This document shows, piece by piece, positions 58,610 through 64,000 of a stretch of DNA of 64,000 nt. The DNA is taken from NCBI GenBank assembly GCA_041659765.1, contig JBAZXR010000001.1, positions 787,338-851,337 of the forward strand, read 5' to 3'. Source of the DNA: Patescibacteria group bacterium (GTDB lineage: Bacteria > Patescibacteriota > Patescibacteriia > UBA9934). Under the pieces are notes generated by a model, which was not told where the DNA came from, made no database searches, and saw nothing but the letters and a program-made list of their open reading frames with translations. Position numbers and translations under genes: made by a program. Positions within the stretch are counted from its first letter, which is position 1; every line of letters starts with the position of its first letter.

Positions 58610-60013
58610 TTACGCTCCCGTGTACATCTTCTGCTTGATGAGTTCCAGGTCTTTCTGAAGTTTCTCGTCAGAATCAATGAGATTCTTAATCTTTGAGTGC
58701 GCGTGCATAGCGGTAGTGTGATCTCGGCCGCCAAGCTCAGCGCCAATAGTAGGATAGGAGCTCTTCATTTCTTCGCGGAGCAGGAACATGATGATTTGGC
58801 GTGGGAAAGCCAGGCGTTTCTCACGGCTCTTACCGAGAACGTCCTCGATCTGAATATCGAAATACGCTGCAACGACGATAATAACTTGGCGAGGAGTCAC
58901 GGTTTTCTTCACATTTTCGGATTCGAAGCTTGAGATAATCGGTTTGATGGTATCGAGCGTCGCTTCCATGTTCCTAAACTGGTGAACGGCGATGATTTTA
59001 TTCAAAGCGCCCTCAAGTTCGCGAACATTCGAGAAAACGGTCGAAGCCACATACTGAAGAACGTCCTTTGTTAGTGGGAACGCCTTTTCAATACACTTCT
59101 TTTCGAGAATCGCGATCCGTGTTTCGAGATCGGGAGTTCCGACGTCGACCAACATTCCCCATTCGAGGCGGGACTGTAGACGCTTTTCAAGGCCAGCGAT
59201 CGATTTTGGCGGTCTATCTGACGAGATGACGATCTGTTTGTTGTCCTGATGGAGCGTATTAAAGGTATGGAAGAATTCTTCCTGCGTTCCCTCTTTGCCG
59301 GTAATGAACTGAATGTCGTCAATCAAGAGAAGGTCGACATTGCGATAGCGATCTTTGAACTCCTTACCCTTACCAGTGCGAACCGAGTGAATAAAATCAT
59401 TAGTAAAGTGCTCGCAGGTGACGTACATGATGCGTGCGCCCTGCCACTTACGACGAATCTCGTTGGCGATAGCATGCAACAAGTGAGTTTTACCGAGTCC
59501 AACACCGCCGTAAATGAAAAGCGGGTTATATGTGCCTCCTGGTTGCGAGGCGACGGCCTGGGACGCAGCGTGCGCTAGTTCGTTTTGCTTGCCGACTACG
59601 AACGTATGGAAAGAATAGGAAGGATTCACCGTAATGTTGCCCGTTGGTGGCAAACTTGGCGCTCCGCCATCTGTAGTTGTGAATCCGTAGTCCTCGGCTC
59701 CAGCAATCTTTGGTGTCACAATCTGAATTGGCTGATATGCCGCGGGTTTTGCCTCAATTCGACATTTTAAGCTCCTAATCGGGTTCGGTGTGAGGGTCTG
59801 TAAGGCTTCGAGAATCTCTTTGTTAAACTTTTTCTCTAACCAAGTTTGGGAAAGGCTATTGGGGACGCCAATAACGTACGCGCCCGGCTGGTAGTCACAA
59901 ATAAAGGTGTTCTTGAACCACGTACTAAAATGCGCTCGGCTTATCTTAAGCTCTACATGGGCAAGGACTGCTTGCCAGAGCTCATGAGTATCCATGGGAG
60001 TACCAATCTCCAT
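58610..60013 (-). CDS. dnaA: chromosomal replication initiator DnaA
   Basis: GGVGLGKTHLLHA Walker A, LLIDDIQF, C-terminal DNA-binding domain ...DHTTAMHAHSKI; start could be 59995. Confidence 0.9.
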   Translation of the reverse strand: MEIGTPMDTHELWQAVLAHVELKISRAHFSTWFKNTFICDYQPGAYVIGVPNSLSQTWLEKKFNKEILEALQTLTPNPIRSLKCRIEAKPAAYQPIQIVTPKIAGAEDYGFTTTDGGAPSLPPTGNITVNPSYSFHTFVVGKQNELAHAASQAVASQPGGTYNPLFIYGGVGLGKTHLLHAIANEIRRKWQGARIMYVTCEHFTNDFIHSVRTGKGKEFKDRYRNVDLLLIDDIQFITGKEGTQEEFFHTFNTLHQDNKQIVISSDRPPKSIAGLEKRLQSRLEWGMLVDVGTPDLETRIAILEKKCIEKAFPLTKDVLQYVASTVFSNVRELEGALNKIIAVHQFRNMEATLDTIKPIISSFESENVKKTVTPRQVIIVVAAYFDIQIEDVLGKSREKRLAFPRQIIMFLLREEMKSSYPTIGAELGGRDHTTAMHAHSKIKNLIDSDEKLQKDLELIKQKMYTGA

Positions 60014-60058
60014 AGCGCGAAGCGTTTAGGAATAGACGACAAGGCGCATCATAGTGAA

Positions 60059-60116
60059 TATATCCACAGCCCACAAGCACCCGCAACCATTGGTCTATCT
60101 TCACAACTGTGGATAA
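60059..60116. promoter_or_regulatory. oriC candidate part 2: DnaA boxes between dnaA and rpmH
   Basis: atatccaca (60060-60068, 8/9) and perfect tgtggataa (60108-60116) in inverted orientation. Confidence 0.5.
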
Positions 60117-60314
60117 CTTGGGGGCAAGTCGGTTAGCCATCGCGAGACTGGCAGTCAGGCTAACGGATTGAAGCAACTTTGTGGGGCCTCTTACTTGATG
60201 GCAGGCCGGCCTCTGATTTTCGTCGAACAGACTCGTCACAGGAACTGGTCGGTGTATACTGCCCCTAGGATTTGACTGTTTTAGCGAACTTCGCTATCCT
60301 CACGCTACTTTTAT

Positions 60315-60467
60315 ATGCCCAAGCGAACATATCAACCCAAGAAGAAGCGTAGAGCTAAAGTCCATGGTTTCCGCCAGCGGATGAAGACCAAGGATGGCCG
60401 CAACGTTGTTGCCCGCCGCCGCCTAAAGGGCCGCAAGAAGCTGACGCTGAAGAAGCGCCCACGTTAG
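60315..60467 (+). CDS. rpmH: 50S ribosomal protein L34
   Basis: [50 protein letters not shown]; under the 60-aa ORF-track cutoff. Confidence 0.85.
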   Translation: MPKRTYQPKKKRRAKVHGFRQRMKTKDGRNVVARRRLKGRKKLTLKKRPR

Positions 60468-60521
60468 AAAGTTGAAACCCCCGCCGTCCAGCTATCGCAG
60501 GACAGGCGGGGATTTTATTCT

Positions 60522-60863
60522 ATGCTGAAAAAGCCTAACAGATTGCGCAACGATAAAGACATTAACGACGTCCTCAAAGGCAAGAAGGGCGTTTTCGACG
60601 CGGTCTGTGGGATTAAGTACACAAAGACTAAACTCGAGGTCACTCGAATTACTGTAGTGGTCGGCACAAAGGTGAGTAAGAATGCCGTCGACCGTAACTG
60701 GGTGAAGCGACAGTATCGTGAGATTACGAAAGTATTGTTACCTCGAATCGCACCAGGCTATGACATTGTTCTCCTCGCCGGTAAAGGAGCGCTGGATCTC
60801 GACTTTGCAGAAAAAGCACAGCGCCTTGAAGGCATTTTCAAAAAATCCGGGCTTTTATCGTAA
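60522..60863 (+). CDS. rnpA: ribonuclease P protein component
   Basis: 113 aa basic protein directly after rpmH with RnpA-like RNR..R...R pattern. Confidence 0.8.
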   Translation: MLKKPNRLRNDKDINDVLKGKKGVFDAVCGIKYTKTKLEVTRITVVVGTKVSKNAVDRNWVKRQYREITKVLLPRIAPGYDIVLLAGKGALDLDFAEKAQRLEGIFKKSGLLS

Positions 60864-60867
60864 CGCC

Positions 60868-61098
60868 TTGCGGACAGCGGCAACCGTGCCCATTTTGGCG
60901 TACCAGAAAACATTTTCCTTCGACCATGGCCCGATGAAAATCCTGTATCCCAACGGATACTGTCCCTTCTATCCGTCTTGCTCAGAGTACACGCGGCAAT
61001 CCATTTTAAAAGACGGAGTTATTGTGGGGATTGCAAAAGGCGGCTGGCGTATCTGTCGGTGCCACCCATTTACAGAAGGCGGGGTTGATCTTCCCTAA
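60868..61098 (+). CDS. yidD: membrane protein insertion efficiency factor YidD
   Basis: [10 protein letters not shown]...[10 protein letters not shown]...[16 protein letters not shown]; likely TTG (60868) or GTG (60886) start. Confidence 0.65.
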   Translation: MRTAATVPILAYQKTFSFDHGPMKILYPNGYCPFYPSCSEYTRQSILKDGVIVGIAKGGWRICRCHPFTEGGVDLP

Positions 61099-61339
61099 GC
61101 GCGTCGATCTTGGCCGAATCAGGCAGTTCGACGCGTTTTAGTTTGGCCATGGTGCCGGACACAATCGAGATCGAGGTTTTCGACGTATCGAGCTTGTCCG
61201 CGAGAAAGCGAATGAGTTCCGCGTTGGCCTTTCCCTCTTTCGGCGGTGCGTGAATAGCAATTTCGACGGTTTTCTCGTCGAGCCACTTAGTTACTTTTGT
61301 AACTTTCGCGTTTGGTTTTACTTTGACCCAAAGAAACAT
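61070..61339 (-). CDS. DUF167/YggU-family protein
   Basis: KVKPNAK...EGKAN..L..FLA..L pattern; 89 aa. Confidence 0.55.
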   Translation of the reverse strand: MFLWVKVKPNAKVTKVTKWLDEKTVEIAIHAPPKEGKANAELIRFLADKLDTSKTSISIVSGTMAKLKRVELPDSAKIDALREDQPRLL

Positions 61340-61340
61340 A

Positions 61341-62189
61341 TTACCGGAAGCTCTTCAGGAGCTTCATATCATCGACTCTTCCTGGATCGTCGCCTCCCCC
61401 GCCTTCGTAGGGGGTTTCGAGGATGAGGTCGATGTGTTTCAAGAGTTTGTTTTTGACGATAGCCTCGAAGGATTCTGCGCCCATGAAGCCTTTTCCGAGA
61501 TGCTCATGGCGGTCTTTGTGGCCGTCGAACTCGATTTTGCTGTCGTTACAATGACTGGCGACGAGTTTCTTAATGCCGATGATTTTGTCGAACATTTTAA
61601 AGGTCTTATCGACGTCCTCCTTCGTTCTCAAATCGTATCCGCTCGCGAAAGCGTGCTGCGTATCAAAACAAACGCCGATTTCCTTTCCGCGCTCGGCTCC
61701 GTCGATAAATGCTGCAATTTCTTCGAAAGAATCGCCCATGATCTCTCCCGCCCCCGCCGAAATCTCGATGAGTAGCTGGGTCGAACTATCATATCCGTCG
61801 AGAACCTTGTTTAATGCCGCCGAAACCATTTCAATCCCCTTCTCGCGACCAATGTCTTTGGCCGAGCCCGGATGGAACATGATTGCTTTTGCTCCGAGTT
61901 GAGTTCCGCGATCGAGTTCCTGGCGGATCATGTTGATCGAGCCGTGATAGACGCGATTATTCGCGGACGCGAGGTTAATCAGATACGGTGCATGAATATA
62001 GACGTCCTCGATCTTATGTTCCTTCATGGATGCCTTGAACTTGTCCGCATCCTCGTCCGTAATCGGTTTAACCGAAAAACTTTGCGGAGGCCGAGAAAAT
62101 ATCTGAATTACCTCGCATCCCAACTCTTTGCCGTAAATGCCGGACTTCCATAATCCTCCCGCTGCCGATACGTGTGCGCCGAATCTCAT
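61341..62189 (-). CDS. nfo: deoxyribonuclease IV (endonuclease IV, AP endonuclease family 2)
   Basis: MRFGAHVSAAGGL start, HAPYLINLAS, metal-binding His/Glu/Asp pattern. Confidence 0.85.
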   Translation of the reverse strand: MRFGAHVSAAGGLWKSGIYGKELGCEVIQIFSRPPQSFSVKPITDEDADKFKASMKEHKIEDVYIHAPYLINLASANNRVYHGSINMIRQELDRGTQLGAKAIMFHPGSAKDIGREKGIEMVSAALNKVLDGYDSSTQLLIEISAGAGEIMGDSFEEIAAFIDGAERGKEIGVCFDTQHAFASGYDLRTKEDVDKTFKMFDKIIGIKKLVASHCNDSKIEFDGHKDRHEHLGKGFMGAESFEAIVKNKLLKHIDLILETPYEGGGGDDPGRVDDMKLLKSFR

Positions 62190-62291
62190 ATAGGGAGAGT
62201 GTAGCTGAAAAAGTTAAAAAGGTTAAAAAAGCTGTAAAGCATAAAAAGAACTCGCCCGCCGGATAGCCGGTCGGGCGCGAAAGTTTCGAAT

Positions 62292-62633
62292 TCATTTGCG
62301 GTCGTGGCCTTCGGATCTCTCCACTTCCGGCACAAGGGCCTTGATGGCGATGGCGAGCGAGTGCGGAAGTCCCGGCATGTTGCGGAACTCCTCGGTGCCG
62401 TCGTACGTGATGTAGTAGCTCTGGCGTTCACGGCCATCTCCCCCAGCTGCGGATGGGGGCTGGAGCAGACGCCAGCCAGGCACCGGACCAATATTCCAGA
62501 CGTGATAGCGTTCCGCGTCAGCCCGCACGACGGTCGAGCCCTCGCCAATGAGGATCAGTGCAAGCCGTTCAGCGAAGTGCTGACCCGGCACACCAGGCTT
62601 CAGCGTGAAGTCCACAATAAAATCACGAGCCAT
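62292..62633 (-). CDS. hypothetical protein, G+C-rich orphan
   Basis: Start set at MARDFIVDF; 113 aa. Confidence 0.4.
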   Translation of the reverse strand: MARDFIVDFTLKPGVPGQHFAERLALILIGEGSTVVRADAERYHVWNIGPVPGWRLLQPPSAAGGDGRERQSYYITYDGTEEFRNMPGLPHSLAIAIKALVPEVERSEGHDRK

Positions 62634-62753
62634 GTATTCCTCCTGCCAGAGGGTATATCGACACAAAGATGCTTGGCAAATGAAAAAGCCCTCGACCTGA
62701 GTCGAGAGCCATTCCAATAACCACCACCTCCAAGCCCCTCCTAACGTCGGGGC

Positions 62754-62775
62754 GGGTCGACGCAGGGGTCGACCC
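62754..62775. repeat. REP-like hairpin variant GGGTCGACGCAGGGGTCGACCC abutting tig stop codon
   Basis: One loop substitution versus the 8465/11479 copies; likely acts as tig terminator stem. Confidence 0.5.
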
Positions 62776-64000
62776 CTACTTCACCATCATCTTCTTGAGG
62801 AACTCGACTACTTTGCGGTTGCGGACCTGGTGTTCGATGCGGTCGCGGAAGGCTGGGGAATAGACGTATTCCTTTGCTTCCTTGTTTTCGCCAACGGTTT
62901 TCGCTACCTCATCGACTTCGTTGTCGATTTCTTGAGAGGCAGGATCGATCTTTTCGATTTTAGCCACTTCGTTCAGGACAAGAGCGACTCTTAGGCGCGT
63001 AATGGCCTGTGGGGTGAAGTCTAACTTCATCTCTGTTTCTGATTTTCCGATCGAGGAGATGTACTTTTCCCACTCCATGCCCTGGTCAAAAACCCACTGC
63101 TTGAGTTCTGAAACCATCTTGTCAATCTCCTGGTTAACGAGGAGATCGCTGAACTCATCAAAATTAGATTTTTCGGCGAGTAATTCGAGCAACGCTTTTT
63201 CCTGGCGACGTGATTCTTCAACGGCCTTTTCTGCGCTCAAATTTTCCGTCAGTTTCTTTGTCAGTTCGTCCACAGATCCAATGCCGAGTGATTTGGCGAA
63301 CTCGTCATTATAATCAGGGAGTTGAATCGCGAAAATTTCGTTCAGCTTCACGGTGAAGTCCACATTTTTTCCGGCAATGTGCTTCTGATAATGATCCGTT
63401 GGGAACATGAGCGCGAAGGTTCGTTCCTCGCCCTCCTTTGCTCCGAGGATCGCCTCGACAAAGCCCGGAATGTAATGCGGCTCATTTGTGTACACCGCAT
63501 GGTTTTGTGCTTCGCCTCCCTCAATCGTTACGCCGTCTTTCTTCATCGTCAAATTGACGACTGCCTTGTCACCCTTCGCGAGCGGGCGACCAGCCTCGGC
63601 CTTCGTCTCCTTCATCTTCATGGTCATGAGATCGGACTTGGCCTTTTCGACCATCTCTGGAGTTGCGCCGGCTGGTTCGGCCTTGATTGACAGCGTCTTG
63701 TAGTCTGCAAGTTTGGTTACTGCTGGCATGAGAGACATTTCTGCCGTAAACACGAGATCATTACCCGGCGCCATCTTTTCTACGCCAAAATATGGCTGGC
63801 CAACAGTTTCTAAATCTTCCTCGATCATGGCTTTGACGAACGCGTTCCTTATAAGTTCCTCGGATGCGGCTTCGAGCAGTTTCATCTCGCCCATACGCTT
63901 CACGACCGTTTCATACGGGGCCTTCCCTGGGCGGAAACCCGGGATGCTGGATTCCTCACTGACGTGTTCAGCGGTATGTTTCATTCCGGCGAGCACTTCT
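62776..64000 (-). CDS. tig: trigger factor, partial (N-terminus beyond window end)
   Basis: GFRPGKAP PPIase-region motif and trigger-factor C-terminal domain. Confidence 0.85.
   Translation of the reverse strand, partial: EVLAGMKHTAEHVSEESSIPGFRPGKAPYETVVKRMGEMKLLEAASEELIRNAFVKAMIEEDLETVGQPYFGVEKMAPGNDLVFTAEMSLMPAVTKLADYKTLSIKAEPAGATPEMVEKAKSDLMTMKMKETKAEAGRPLAKGDKAVVNLTMKKDGVTIEGGEAQNHAVYTNEPHYIPGFVEAILGAKEGEERTFALMFPTDHYQKHIAGKNVDFTVKLNEIFAIQLPDYNDEFAKSLGIGSVDELTKKLTENLSAEKAVEESRRQEKALLELLAEKSNFDEFSDLLVNQEIDKMVSELKQWVFDQGMEWEKYISSIGKSETEMKLDFTPQAITRLRVALVLNEVAKIEKIDPASQEIDNEVDEVAKTVGENKEAKEYVYSPAFRDRIEHQVRNRKVVEFLKKMMVK

Noticed and set aside
60718-60867. ATG-initiated N-terminal extension of the yidD ORF
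   Set aside because: Would overlap rnpA by 145 nt in another frame; conserved YidD begins after the rnpA stop.

Overview
This 64 kb window looks like chromosomal DNA from a small-genome bacterium. The gene content and organisation suggest a CPR/Patescibacteria-like organism, but that is inference from composition, not a database hit. All calls below were made by reading the sequence and the six-frame ORF track.

Main features:
- A partial 23S rRNA (minus strand, bases 1 to about 1960) with no 16S next to it. The spacer upstream of its 5' end is shared with rlmH (the 23S m3-pseudouridine1915 methyltransferase), which is transcribed divergently.
- Five tRNAs: Leu-TAG, Gly-GCC, Leu-TAA, Ser-CGA and Cys-GCA. 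Several are followed at their 3' side by islets whose base composition differs from the flanks.
- The replication-origin neighbourhood: rpmH-rnpA-yidD on the plus strand and dnaA-dnaN on the minus strand, with DnaA-box clusters and an AT-rich putative unwinding element.
- Housekeeping genes: ruvB, galU, a cysteine desulfurase, a ferredoxin plus ferredoxin reductase pair, a PGI/PMI-type isomerase, prs, nfo, tig (partial), a class A PBP, an ABC exporter and a VIT1-family transporter.
- Many cell-surface and envelope proteins: a lamin-tail-domain protein, a SpoIID/LytB protein, a peptidase_C39-like protein, a CapA-like protein, a Wzx-like flippase, an O-antigen-ligase-like protein and several lipoproteins.

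Most notable unexplained structure:
1. A tight operon of six paralogous small proteins with a signal peptide plus two-helix topology, resembling VirB2/TrbC pilins (28.0 to 30.9 kb). No type IV secretion ATPase or channel genes were recognised anywhere in the window. It sits next to a G+C-rich island of three unknown membrane or secreted proteins (24.5 to 27.9 kb).
2. Three small DNA repeat families. One is a roughly 75 nt long-palindromic MITE/REP-like element with four copies, two of them flanking galU in inverted orientation and one inside the dnaA-dnaN origin spacer. The second is a 22 nt GGGTCGACGCAKGGGTCGACCC hairpin found both intergenically and in frame inside two secreted-protein genes, where it encodes GGSTxGSTPT linkers. 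The third is a G/C hairpin family found twice in frame inside the lamin-tail protein and once intergenically.
3. tRNA-associated islets: a G+C-rich unknown gene after tRNA-Gly, a G+C-rich unknown gene abutting tRNA-Leu(TAA), and an A+T-rich two-gene islet after tRNA-Ser.
4. A G+C-rich YjjX-like NTPase fused to a phosphoribosyltransferase, next to prs.
5. An NDT-like, NUDIX, HIT nucleotide-processing operon.

No CRISPR array, transposase, integrase or phage structural genes were recognised.
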